Below are positions 34,528 through 44,158 of a DNA stretch of 48,899 bases, one piece after another (position 1 is the first letter of the stretch; each line of letters starts with the position of its first letter). The notes under the pieces are model-generated. The model ran no database searches. It was given only the letters and a program-made list of their open reading frames with translations, and was not told the DNA's origin. Location of the stretch: positions 1-48,899 of the forward strand of contig JBFMGU010000050.1 in the NCBI GenBank assembly GCA_040752415.1. The letters run 5' to 3'. Both the position numbers and the translations under genes were made by a program. This DNA comes from Myxococcota bacterium. GTDB lineage: Bacteria; Myxococcota; JACRCW01.

Positions 34528-36963
34528 TCACTGCCAGGGAACGGCCTCCCGCAGGTTCTCCGTGCATTCCACGTAGGACGCGTTGAAGCCGTCCTGGGTG
34601 TAGCCCGGATCCAGGGGCAGCATGCCCAGCGAGAACGCTTCGCCGTTCACGGTGACCTGCCCGTCCACGAAGTTGCTCTGGCCACCATAGGTCCCGGCAA
34701 ACGAGGTCAGCTGCGCCGTTGACACCGTGAACCGCAGCGTCTTGGGTCCGGCCTGCAGCGTGACGTCGACATCCGCCACGTTGAAGTCGGTGATGCCGGT
34801 GATGGGCGTGGGGATGACGTAGAGCATGGGATAGGCGGAGTGCTCGCCCATGATGGGATGCACGGTGGCGCTCAGCGTGCCACCGCGGAAGGTGACGATG
34901 GGATCGTCGTCGTCGGGATCCGGCGTCTGGATGAACACCGTCCACGTTCCCAGCTGCGCGTCGACCCGCACCTCCACCCCGTCGCGCGTGGTGGGACCGA
35001 TGGGAGGCAGCGGCGGGAAGGGGATGCGCATGTTGAGCTCCACGCTTGACGTGGCGTGGCCGGAGGCGCTGACGCGTCGACCGGTGCACTCCTGCAGCAC
35101 CAGGGCGTCGGCGGCCTGCAGCGCGCAGCTCTGGGTCTGCCAACCCACGTCGACGCCGGTGGGGTCGCCTTCCAGCGAGTCCGGCGGCGGAGGCAGCGCG
35201 TCCATCTGGGGCAGCCCACACTGTTCCGAGTCCTGCGTCACCTTCAGCACCGCGCCCAGGCCCAGCACCAGCATGCGCGCGCCGTTCTGGGCCAGCATCT
35301 TGCGGACGGAGCAGTCCTCGTCGGAGGCGGGGATGACGAGGTGGTCCGTGCACTCCTGGTACTTGTTGAAGTCCACCGGGTCATAGAAGGGGTTGAGGCC
35401 GGTGGGATCATCGGAGAGATCCAGGGGCTCTCCGTCGAGGAAGATGGTGCCGGCCAACACGTTCTCCTCTCCGTCCTTGTTCCCGTTGATGGCGCGCACC
35501 TGGGAGTCCGTGACGCTGGCCGTCAGCTTCACGCCTTGCGCGGAGAGTTGGACCAGCCCGTCGCGGAACGTGAGACCGGACAGCTCCATCACCGGCGTGG
35601 GGATGGCACACAGGCCAAGCTCGCTGTTGAAGGCCAGCCGCGGCTTGAGGGAGGCGGACATGACGCCGTTCTCGACGGTGAACGAGGCGTCCGTGCCCGG
35701 AGGCAGCAGCGTGAAGTCGTCAAAGGACATCTCCAGGCGGTACTCCACGGGGTCACGCGCGGTGGGCACGGCGGGCTCGACGGGGTCGCCGGTGGGAATG
35801 CCGCGGAAGATCCGGGTTCCCGTCACCGTCACACGCCCCTTCACCGAGGGAGATGCCGGGTGCGCGCAGTCGATGGATGGCAGCGTCCGCGCCTCGGGGA
35901 TCTCGATGGTGCACGGGGTGGTGATGGTGTCGATCACTTCTCCGCCCTCACGGCCAATCTCGCCGTGAATGACCTGGTGATCGAGAACCTGGGGACTGGA
36001 GAAGCCGCAGCTTGTATCCATCTGCACGAGGCCCAGCACCGAGCCGAACGTGGCCACGGAGAGGCGCGCCACGTTGGTTCCGATCATGGTCTTGGGATCC
36101 ACGCACTCGTGCGAGACCGGCGTCTCCAGGTCCGACGTGCAGGCGTAGCTGGCGAGGAAGGATGACTCACTGTACGTGGGGTCGAGCCGGCCGTCGCCCT
36201 CGCCGGGAAGCTCGTGCTTGCGACCGAACAGCGTGAGCGTCCCCTCGAATTCGTTGACGCGCTTCCCCCAGCGACCCGCCTGGGCGGAGAAATCCGAGCT
36301 GTCCACCGACACATTCATCTGCACGCCGGCAACGGCCAGGCGCAGCTCCGCGCCGGAGTAGCGGATGGAGGAGATGGTGGTGATGGGCGTGGGCACGGCG
36401 CACAGCCCGGTGGACCCAGACCTGGCCAGGTGCGGCTGCACCACCGCGGACAGCGTGCCGGACACGAGCTCCAGGCTGGCGTCGGCGCGGGAGGTCCCGG
36501 ACTCAAAGCCCTTGCCGCGCGCTTCCAGGATCTCCACCGTGGCGGCGTCGGGCCCGTCGGGAATCACCGGCTGCAGGGGATCCCCGGTCAGGTATCCGAC
36601 AATGGTCCGACGAGCACTGATCACCACCTTGCCATTGGCCCACAGCGCCGTGCCCGTGCAGTCCTCCATCAGCGGTCGACGGCTCTGGCCCAGGTCGATC
36701 TCACATTGCCGGGTGAGCAGCGTGACGCTGCCGCGCGTGCCCGGTTTGCCTTCAATGCGGGCCCGCGCGATCACCTCCGGGCTGGCGAAGCCGCAGTTGT
36801 CGTCGTTGTTGACGGCCGCGGTCATGGCTCCCACGCCCATCACCGTCAGGCGCGCCACGTTGTTGGCGGCAAACCCGTCGGGCTTCTCCACGCAGCCCGC
36901 GAGGATCAGTGCCGCGGCGAGATTGCCCAGGCCCACCACTTCCCGTGTCGTGTTGGTGCTCAT
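34528..36963 (-). CDS. Lipoprotein with three tandem ~265-aa homologous domains
   Basis: Lipobox LAGC. Motifs N(V/G)AR..CG(F/L), (V/I)PTP and L(D/N)PxY...CT each recur three times. Confidence 0.82.
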   Translation of the reverse strand: MSTNTTREVVGLGNLAAALILAGCVEKPDGFAANNVARLTVMGVGAMTAAVNNDDNCGFASPEVIARARIEGKPGTRGSVTLLTRQCEIDLGQSRRPLMEDCTGTALWANGKVVISARRTIVGYLTGDPLQPVIPDGPDAATVEILEARGKGFESGTSRADASLELVSGTLSAVVQPHLARSGSTGLCAVPTPITTISSIRYSGAELRLAVAGVQMNVSVDSSDFSAQAGRWGKRVNEFEGTLTLFGRKHELPGEGDGRLDPTYSESSFLASYACTSDLETPVSHECVDPKTMIGTNVARLSVATFGSVLGLVQMDTSCGFSSPQVLDHQVIHGEIGREGGEVIDTITTPCTIEIPEARTLPSIDCAHPASPSVKGRVTVTGTRIFRGIPTGDPVEPAVPTARDPVEYRLEMSFDDFTLLPPGTDASFTVENGVMSASLKPRLAFNSELGLCAIPTPVMELSGLTFRDGLVQLSAQGVKLTASVTDSQVRAINGNKDGEENVLAGTIFLDGEPLDLSDDPTGLNPFYDPVDFNKYQECTDHLVIPASDEDCSVRKMLAQNGARMLVLGLGAVLKVTQDSEQCGLPQMDALPPPPDSLEGDPTGVDVGWQTQSCALQAADALVLQECTGRRVSASGHATSSVELNMRIPFPPLPPIGPTTRDGVEVRVDAQLGTWTVFIQTPDPDDDDPIVTFRGGTLSATVHPIMGEHSAYPMLYVIPTPITGITDFNVADVDVTLQAGPKTLRFTVSTAQLTSFAGTYGGQSNFVDGQVTVNGEAFSLGMLPLDPGYTQDGFNASYVECTENLREAVPWQ

Positions 36964-37094
36964 GTCCGCCTTATCGCGACGCTCCGGAGAAAGGCGCGGC
37001 GACGTCGGGCGGTGGGCGGACCGCCGGGTGGCCTAGGTTGGGTGACTGAGAGGGAGTGACCGGGCGATCGCGATAACGCCTCCAGGAGGTGGGC

Positions 37095-38144
37095 ATGACC
37101 ACCGAGGACGCGGTTCACGCTTCGCTCTCACGCATGTGGATGGTGTTGGCGGCCGTCTGGCTTCCCGTGGCATGCAGCGGCGCGGCCGACGAGTCCACGG
37201 ACACCTGTGGCGACCAGGTGTGCGAGAGCTGGGAGGTCTGCGTGGGCGGCGTGTGCCATGCCACGTGCAGCGAGGACGCGGATTGCCCGGTGGGAACGGT
37301 GTGCCAGGGCGACGTCTGCATGGCGGCGGGAAACCCGACGTCGAACAGTGGTACGTCAGGTGACGGAGGGCAGGGCGGCTTCACGTCCTCGGTGTCGTCC
37401 TCGTCGTCGTCGGGCTCCGGGGAGATCAACCCTTCCCCCACCTCCTCGCTGCCGCCTGCTTCAACGTCATCCTCGTCATCTTCTTCTTCCGCGTCGTCGT
37501 CCTCGTCGGGCGGCGCGTCGTCGTCCTCGTCGGGCGGCGGAGGGACGGGCAGCAGCAGCTCCAGCTCGTCCAGTTCGTCCAGTTCGTCGTCGGGAGGCGC
37601 GTCCACGTCGGACACCGGGACCACGTGCAATTGCCCGGACACGCCGTGCTTCACCGGGACCTGTGATGCCAACAATGAATGCCAGTTGGCCTACCAATGT
37701 GGCGCCGACGAGGTCTGCGTGGGCCCCGACAACCACTGCGCCCCGCTCAACAACGAGGACTGCGTGGTCCGGGTGGTGGGCACGCGTGTGCTGGTGGTGT
37801 GCTCCGCCATGTTCCTGGGCTGGGGGGATGCGCGGTCCATGTGCGCGCAGTGGAGCGGCTTTGACATGGCCAGCGTGCGCAGCGACGCCGAGGATGCGGT
37901 GATCCGGGCGGAGGCGAACGGCGGACAGGCCTGGATTGGGATGTCCGATGCCAACGGGTTCAGCAGTGAGGGCAACTTTGTCTGGCTGGACGGAAACAGC
38001 GCGAGCTACCGCGGCTGGGGGTTCAATCAACCCGACAGCGCCCTGGATGAGGAGGATTGCGTCATGCATTCCGGAGGCGCCTGGCATGACGTGCCATGCG
38101 ACTGGGATGCGGGCGGTGTGGTGTGCGCGCGCGCGGACCTGTGA
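37095..38144 (+). CDS. Poly-Ser lipoprotein with Cys-rich repeats and a C-terminal C-type lectin domain
   Basis: Lipobox PVAC. WGDARSMC, AWIGMSD, EGNFVWLDG, QPD, EDCV, WHDVPC. AGGAGG RBS. Confidence 0.88.
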   Translation: MTTEDAVHASLSRMWMVLAAVWLPVACSGAADESTDTCGDQVCESWEVCVGGVCHATCSEDADCPVGTVCQGDVCMAAGNPTSNSGTSGDGGQGGFTSSVSSSSSSGSGEINPSPTSSLPPASTSSSSSSSSASSSSSGGASSSSSGGGGTGSSSSSSSSSSSSSSGGASTSDTGTTCNCPDTPCFTGTCDANNECQLAYQCGADEVCVGPDNHCAPLNNEDCVVRVVGTRVLVVCSAMFLGWGDARSMCAQWSGFDMASVRSDAEDAVIRAEANGGQAWIGMSDANGFSSEGNFVWLDGNSASYRGWGFNQPDSALDEEDCVMHSGGAWHDVPCDWDAGGVVCARADL

Positions 38145-38208
38145 GTGGGCAGCCCGACGGTAGCGGTTCACGAAGCCGGTCAGCGGAACACGCAGCGCCC
38201 TCAAAGCC

Positions 38209-41200
38209 TCAGGGCGACAACGTGTAGCGCATGCGCAGCGTGAAGGTGTCCGCGCTCACAGTGGCCACGTCGGCGGAGGCGCCGGAGTCTCCGCGCGGTC
38301 GACACTGCAGGGTCACGCGTGCATCCCGCACGGAGATGAGCGCGCGCGCCTGGTCGGCGCTCGTCGAGCTCCAGCTCAATGGGGTGGATGGTGCGGCGCC
38401 GCCGTCGACGGAAACGGTGGGCGCGCGCGCCAGCTCACGCCATCCGGGGGCATCACCCGTGCCGTGGCCCACCCAGCCCATCAGCCGGGCGCCGTCCTGG
38501 TCTCCCGGTGTGGTGCCCGAGCAGGCGGCGCTCACCGTCAGGGATTCCACGTCGGACCACGCCACGCGTGCCTCGTCCAGTGCCACGTCCCATTGGATGG
38601 CGGGCTCGCGTTTCACGGCGTCCAGCTCCCAGGTGTCGCCGCTGGGCGGGAACTGGTTGCCACCGAACACCACGAGCCGCTTGCGCTGGGAATCAAACGC
38701 GCTCGCCGGGGCCACGCGGGGAAAGGCCAGCGCCCGACCCACCGACACCTCCCGGCGCCAGCGCGTGCCGTCGTAGGTCCAGGTGTCGGCGTAGGGGCGT
38801 CCGGTATCCGCGCCGCAGGAGAGCACCATGAGCTGCCGGTGGGTGTCGTAGACGAGGGTGTGGGAAGCCAGTTGGCCAGGCGTCTCACCCTCCGGCTGGA
38901 TGCGCCACCACCGCTCCCCGTCCCACTCCCAGGTCTCGTCGGAGATGGGGCCGCCCAGCGCATAGAAGCCGCCGTACAGCACGGTCCGGTCCCTTCGTGC
39001 GTCATAGGCCATCCCGAAGGCGGCGCGCGCCGTGGGGACCTCGCCTTCCGGGAACCGCTGCGCCCATTGGTCGTCGTGGAAGACCCACGTGTCATTGAGG
39101 AAGGTGAACCCGTTGCGATTGTCGATCCCACCAAACAGCACCACTTCGTCACGGCTGGCGTGGTAGGCCAGTTGGTGGTCGCCGCGCGGCGGGGGCGGCG
39201 TGTCGACGGTGATCGGCGTCCACGTTGCGCCATCCCACTCCCACGTGTCCTGGAACGGCTGCGCCGCGTAACCGCCAAAGAGCAGCACGCCACGCGGAGG
39301 AGCCAGCGTCACGAGCATGCCGGAGAGACGTGCGGGTGGCGTGTTGGACAGGTTGGTGCGTGGCGCCCAGCGGTGACCGTCCCACGTCCAGGTGTCGCCG
39401 AGGATGCTCCCGTCGTAACCGGCGAACAGCACCGTCTCACCGCGCTGGGGGTCATAGGCCATGGAGCTGAACACGCGCGCGGGAGGCTCCGGACCCACCA
39501 GCGTGGTTTCGGCCCAACGGGTGCCGTCCCAGACCCACGTGTCGGCGAACGTGATGTCGTTGTCGGGGGCCTGCCCGCCGTAGAGCAGCACGCGCTCCTG
39601 CAGAGGATCATAGGTCAGCGAGGCGCCGGCGCGCGCTTGAGGAGCCACCGACGGAGACTGGGCCTCCCAGTTGGTGCCGTCCCAGGTCCACGTGTCATTG
39701 AGGCTGACGACCTCAGGAGTGAATCCACCAAACAGCACCGTGACTCCGCGCGCATCGTCGTACGTGGCCGTGGTGCGGAGCCGCAGCGGCGGGTTGTTGG
39801 TGGGCGTCAGCAGGTACCAGCGTGTCCCGTCCCACTCCCAGGTCTCGCCGTACACGTAGTCCCCCGCCAACGCGCCGTACACCACCATCCGCCCCCGCCC
39901 GTGATCAAAGGTGCACGCCAGCGGTCGACGCGCGAACGGCTTCAGCGCGTCCGCCGGTGTCAGCGCGGTCCACGCCTCGCCGTCCCAGGACCAGAGGTCG
40001 TCGAGCTCGCCTTCGGTGTCGCCGGTGGCACCGCCAAAGAGGAGCACGGTGCCGCGGTGTGAGTCGTAGACCAGGCAGTGGTCGAGTCGGGCGGTGGGCG
40101 CCGGTCCCGGAGCAATGCGCTCCCGCCAGGTGAGGCCGTCCCATTCCCAGAGGTCATTGTGGACCATGGTGTCGGCGTCACGCCCGCCAAACGCCACCAC
40201 GCGACCACGCGCCACGTCGTAGACCAGCGCATGGCGCGTGCGTGCGCCCAGGCCGGAGGTGATCGCGGGCGCCCTCCAGAAGCTGGGATCCAGCTCCCAG
40301 GTGTCCTGCAGAACCGCAATCTGGGAGCCGCCGTGGATGACGAGCACGTTGCGCGCGACGTCAAACGCAGCGCCGTGCAGCCAGCGGAACTGCGGCACTC
40401 CCAGCAGGGCACGACGGTGCGCGCCCAGTGGCCGGCCCTCCGCTTGCGCCACGTTGTCATCCTGACCGGCAACCAGCCGCGGGTCCACGTCCTCACGCAA
40501 TGGGGAAACGCGGTCGTCCTCGACGTGGTGGAGGCGGGTGACCACGTGCGGCGCCCGGCTCCCCACCACGTGGGGCGTGGCCATCCATTCCGCGTGGCGC
40601 ACCAGCTGCGGGGCCGACTCATTGCCCGCCACATCCAGCGCGGTCACGTACACGGCGGGCGAGTCCACGTTCTGCAGCGGGATGACGGGAAAGCGGCCGT
40701 TCTCGTCAGGCAGGGCCGTGCCCAGGAGCTGCTCGCGCGTGGCGGAGGACCACACGCGAACCATGACGGGTGCACCGTCCGAGAGCATGATGGCGCCGGC
40801 GGGGAGGAGTGGCCGCGTCCAGTCCGCGCGGCCCAACAGCGCAAAGTAGGGACCCGGCGGCACGGTCAATCCGTCGACCACCTCCGCGACGGTGCTGCCC
40901 TGCGGGCGACGCACCAGCAAGAGCGCATCCGGGTCCAGCGTCAGCTCGGGCGGCGTGTTGTCCACCACCACCGGCGTGGCGAAGGTGACGTCGGTGGCGC
41001 GGTTCCCGGCAATGTCCTGCCAGGCAACGCGCGCGAAATAGTCTCCGTCGGTGGGATTGGCGGGGACCTGGAAGGAGAACACCACCGCGCGCGCATTGGT
41101 GTCGAGGACACCGCGCAGATCCTCGACGAGGGGCGCAGGTCCCTGGAGCGTGAGCGTCACCGGCGCGCTGGCATCCAGCGTCTCATTGGCAATGACGGAG

Positions 41201-42708
41201 ACGGTGACGGTGCTCCCCGCGCGGGCCGCGCTGGGCACCACGAGCGGATTTCCCGGTCCCGCGCCGTACGCCACGGTGGCGGAGATGACCTGCGGCGCCA
41301 TGTTCTCCACCTCGACGAGCCCCACGCTCCTGGGAATGCCACGGTTGCCCGCCTCGTCGGTGAGGGTCACCAGGAGCTCGCCCAGGCCCAGGGGGTCGCT
41401 GGCCAGGACACGGTGTTGGAACGTGTAGGTTGCTCCCTCGTCCGGCGAAATGGGGGCCACCTCGCCCACCAGGTCCAGCAGCACCGGCTCACTTCCCTGG
41501 ATGACCAGGCTGACCTCCGGCGTGCGGCACGGCTCCGACGCGGTGAATCCCACGGTGACCACGTCGTCCACCGTCACGCGCGTGCCGCCCTGCACCGACT
41601 CGTTGCGGACCTCCGGCAGCGCGGTGTCCACCACCACCGGGTCTCCCGGCTCCACCTTCGTGCGGCCCGCGCGGTCCGTAAGCTCGACGGAGAACGTGTA
41701 CGCCCCGTCCTCCGGCGTGAGCGCGGAAAGCTCCCACGTGGCGGAGGTCAGCGTGCTGCCCACCAGGGTCAAGGACCACGGGACGGGATTTCCGTCGTCG
41801 CCAAACACGCGGAGCACCGGGAGACGCACCGGGCTCTCCGCGGTTCCCGTGGCGCGCAACGGCTCCGACCAGGCCACCGCGTAACGCAACGTCTCACCGC
41901 TCAGCACCGGCGTGCTTCCCGAGGCCGAGAGCACGCGCGGGTCCTTCACGTCGAGAAGCACGGGCGCGGAGAAGGTGTCCGAGGGGTAGCCGTCAGCGTC
42001 CAGGAAACGCACGAACACCTCACGCGGACATTCATCCTGCGCGCACGGCAGGGCGGCGCCTTCGTCCAGGTTCCACGCGTCCACGCGTCGCCAGGAGGTG
42101 CCGCCGTCGTCAACGACGGGAAGGTCGTTGACCACGCGTGACGGCGCGGAGTCCAGGTCGGGCAGCGCGTTGGCCAGCTGGACCCGGACCCCGGTGTCGG
42201 TGAGGAGGTGCACCGTGACCTCGGGTGCGCTCACGAAGCCGTCCTCACCGGTGGCCACCACGCGCACCGCCGGCGTTTCCGCGGGGACCAGCAGGTTGGG
42301 CTGCGCCACCAGCTCCACGTCGACGAGAACCTGGTGACGGCCGATGCCCAGCGTGAAGGGCGGCGAGGTGCCGTGGAAGCGGACCGGTGCCGCGTCGGTG
42401 TTGCCTTGACGGTATTCCACCACCACCACGCGCTTCTCGCCGTTGGGGACGTCGCGGAACTGCAGGCGCGGCGGATCGTTGTCGGCGTTGAAGGGGATGG
42501 GGCCCGCCGTCCGCAGCACCGAGGGGCGCATGGGATCCGTGCGGTCCTCCACGCGACCGAACACGAAGAGCCCCGCGTCATGGGAGGGCTTGGGAGCCTT
42601 CCACCGGAAGCGGACCTGGAAGGTGCCCAGGCTGGGCGGGGGCGCATCCTGCAGCACGCCGCACGACGTCACCAGGAGCACCGCGAAGAGGAAGGAGCGC
42701 ATCATCAT
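38209..42708 (-). CDS. 1499-aa lipoprotein with Ig-like domains and ~12 Kelch-like repeats
   Basis: Lipobox VTSC, DxAGN Ig-like repeats, repeated YD..R..VLFGG..DTWxWDG blades. Confidence 0.88.
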   Translation of the reverse strand: MMMRSFLFAVLLVTSCGVLQDAPPPSLGTFQVRFRWKAPKPSHDAGLFVFGRVEDRTDPMRPSVLRTAGPIPFNADNDPPRLQFRDVPNGEKRVVVVEYRQGNTDAAPVRFHGTSPPFTLGIGRHQVLVDVELVAQPNLLVPAETPAVRVVATGEDGFVSAPEVTVHLLTDTGVRVQLANALPDLDSAPSRVVNDLPVVDDGGTSWRRVDAWNLDEGAALPCAQDECPREVFVRFLDADGYPSDTFSAPVLLDVKDPRVLSASGSTPVLSGETLRYAVAWSEPLRATGTAESPVRLPVLRVFGDDGNPVPWSLTLVGSTLTSATWELSALTPEDGAYTFSVELTDRAGRTKVEPGDPVVVDTALPEVRNESVQGGTRVTVDDVVTVGFTASEPCRTPEVSLVIQGSEPVLLDLVGEVAPISPDEGATYTFQHRVLASDPLGLGELLVTLTDEAGNRGIPRSVGLVEVENMAPQVISATVAYGAGPGNPLVVPSAARAGSTVTVSVIANETLDASAPVTLTLQGPAPLVEDLRGVLDTNARAVVFSFQVPANPTDGDYFARVAWQDIAGNRATDVTFATPVVVDNTPPELTLDPDALLLVRRPQGSTVAEVVDGLTVPPGPYFALLGRADWTRPLLPAGAIMLSDGAPVMVRVWSSATREQLLGTALPDENGRFPVIPLQNVDSPAVYVTALDVAGNESAPQLVRHAEWMATPHVVGSRAPHVVTRLHHVEDDRVSPLREDVDPRLVAGQDDNVAQAEGRPLGAHRRALLGVPQFRWLHGAAFDVARNVLVIHGGSQIAVLQDTWELDPSFWRAPAITSGLGARTRHALVYDVARGRVVAFGGRDADTMVHNDLWEWDGLTWRERIAPGPAPTARLDHCLVYDSHRGTVLLFGGATGDTEGELDDLWSWDGEAWTALTPADALKPFARRPLACTFDHGRGRMVVYGALAGDYVYGETWEWDGTRWYLLTPTNNPPLRLRTTATYDDARGVTVLFGGFTPEVVSLNDTWTWDGTNWEAQSPSVAPQARAGASLTYDPLQERVLLYGGQAPDNDITFADTWVWDGTRWAETTLVGPEPPARVFSSMAYDPQRGETVLFAGYDGSILGDTWTWDGHRWAPRTNLSNTPPARLSGMLVTLAPPRGVLLFGGYAAQPFQDTWEWDGATWTPITVDTPPPPRGDHQLAYHASRDEVVLFGGIDNRNGFTFLNDTWVFHDDQWAQRFPEGEVPTARAAFGMAYDARRDRTVLYGGFYALGGPISDETWEWDGERWWRIQPEGETPGQLASHTLVYDTHRQLMVLSCGADTGRPYADTWTYDGTRWRREVSVGRALAFPRVAPASAFDSQRKRLVVFGGNQFPPSGDTWELDAVKREPAIQWDVALDEARVAWSDVESLTVSAACSGTTPGDQDGARLMGWVGHGTGDAPGWRELARAPTVSVDGGAAPSTPLSWSSTSADQARALISVRDARVTLQCRPRGDSGASADVATVSADTFTLRMRYTLSP

Positions 42709-44030
42709 TCGCCCGCCACCACCGTGCCGCTGGACGTCTGACCCGCGGGGCTGACCAGGATGGCAACCGTGGTGGCCACGCCCAACCCCACGGCGGCGAG
42801 GATTCCGACGGTGACCGTGGTGACCGCACCCGCGCCGGCCCACAGCCACCAGCGCTGGTACCAACGCAGCGGCTTCTTGTGCAGCTCGACCCAGACCGCG
42901 GTGGTCTCCGCGGGGTCCACGTACACGTCGCCACTCCAGCCCTCGTAGCCGTCCTTGGTGACCTGCAGCGCGTGCGCTCCCGGGCTCAGGTTGGAGAGCG
43001 GTTTGAGCGGGGTGGTGCCCAGCGCCTTTCCGTCGAGCTGCACGCGCACGCCTTCATGGGGCGCGGCGATCACCAGTGTGCCCGGCTCGGCGGAGGTGAT
43101 GCCCAGCAACGCGCGCCCGGCGCGACGCACGGCGCGGATGAGCTGCTCCTCCTGACCGGAGAACGACTCGGTGACGAGGTTCTCCACGCGGCTGTTCCTG
43201 GCGGAGACCAGGCGCAACGTGACGATGTACGTGTTGGAGACGCGACCCACGCTGCCGGTGACCAGCTTGTCCACGCCCAGCGCGCCGCCAATCTCGACGA
43301 GGCAGGCCATGTCGTCGCAGCCCACGCTGGCCTTGGCCGCCTGCAGTTGCAGCATGGCGCGCACGTCCTCCCGGCCAATGACGCTGGTGCCGCGGATCTT
43401 CTTGAGCTCCACGGCCAGCACCTGGGTGAGGTTGTTGGCGGTGGTGTCATGGACGCCGTGCGCCCCCAGGTCCAGCACCGCCAGCGACGTCACCTCGCCG
43501 GGGGGCAGGGAGAAGGCGGGCGTGGTCTCGTCGGAAGTCTCGCCCATGAGCCGCGCCACCAGCTCCTTGATGCCGCGCGGGAGGTCCTTGGGCGCGCTCA
43601 CGGTGACGGCCGCGCTGCTCACCACGGTGGCGTCGGCCACGCGCACCAGCGACGTTGTCACCGAGATCTGGTCCCCCACCGCGCCAATGGTGCCGGTGAC
43701 CAGCAGCTCCGCGTTGAGTCCCTGGGGCAGCTTGCCGCTGCAATCGGGTTTCTCCGGCGGGCACGCCAGGGAATCCCGCAACGCGTTCCACTGCGCGCTG
43801 TTGGCGGCGTCGGACAGGGTGACCAGCGCGTAGTCACGTCGTACCGAGAAGGAGCCCACCACCAGCTCGGTGGCCTGCGCGGCGGTGGTCTCGTCGACGC
43901 CCTGGGGACGCAGCGGCATCACCACCACGGTGCGACGGGGGCCCGCGGCGGGCGACGGAGCGGGAGCAGAAGGAGGCGTGTTGGCTTCACCGGCCCCCAG
44001 CAGGGAGGCCAACAGAAACACGACGCACAA
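42705..44030 (-). CDS. PEGA domain protein with two CsgG/TolB-N-like domains and a C-terminal TM segment
   Basis: Duplicated LVTG(T/S)(I/V)G domain, LDGKALGTTPL..GAHALQVTKDGY (PEGA), PLRWYQRWWLW TM. TTG start after AGGAG. Confidence 0.85.
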   Translation of the reverse strand: MCVVFLLASLLGAGEANTPPSAPAPSPAAGPRRTVVVMPLRPQGVDETTAAQATELVVGSFSVRRDYALVTLSDAANSAQWNALRDSLACPPEKPDCSGKLPQGLNAELLVTGTIGAVGDQISVTTSLVRVADATVVSSAAVTVSAPKDLPRGIKELVARLMGETSDETTPAFSLPPGEVTSLAVLDLGAHGVHDTTANNLTQVLAVELKKIRGTSVIGREDVRAMLQLQAAKASVGCDDMACLVEIGGALGVDKLVTGSVGRVSNTYIVTLRLVSARNSRVENLVTESFSGQEEQLIRAVRRAGRALLGITSAEPGTLVIAAPHEGVRVQLDGKALGTTPLKPLSNLSPGAHALQVTKDGYEGWSGDVYVDPAETTAVWVELHKKPLRWYQRWWLWAGAGAVTTVTVGILAAVGLGVATTVAILVSPAGQTSSGTVVAGE

Positions 44031-44158
44031 AGTGGATGACTCCTGGAATGCGCGGAGGTGTGTCTCAAGGGTCTGCGCCGGATGCTGGACCGTGGGGCAC
44101 TCCCGCGGCAAGGCCCATGCAGGCTGGACCTGGACCCACACCGCACCACGCGCCACGG

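Noticed and set aside
8014..44039. Long opposite-strand ORFs (e.g. 8014-9684, 12504-14339, 18690-20882, 26111-28189, 28723-31767, 40078-42141)
   Set aside because: Shadow ORFs of real genes, as expected in high-GC DNA.
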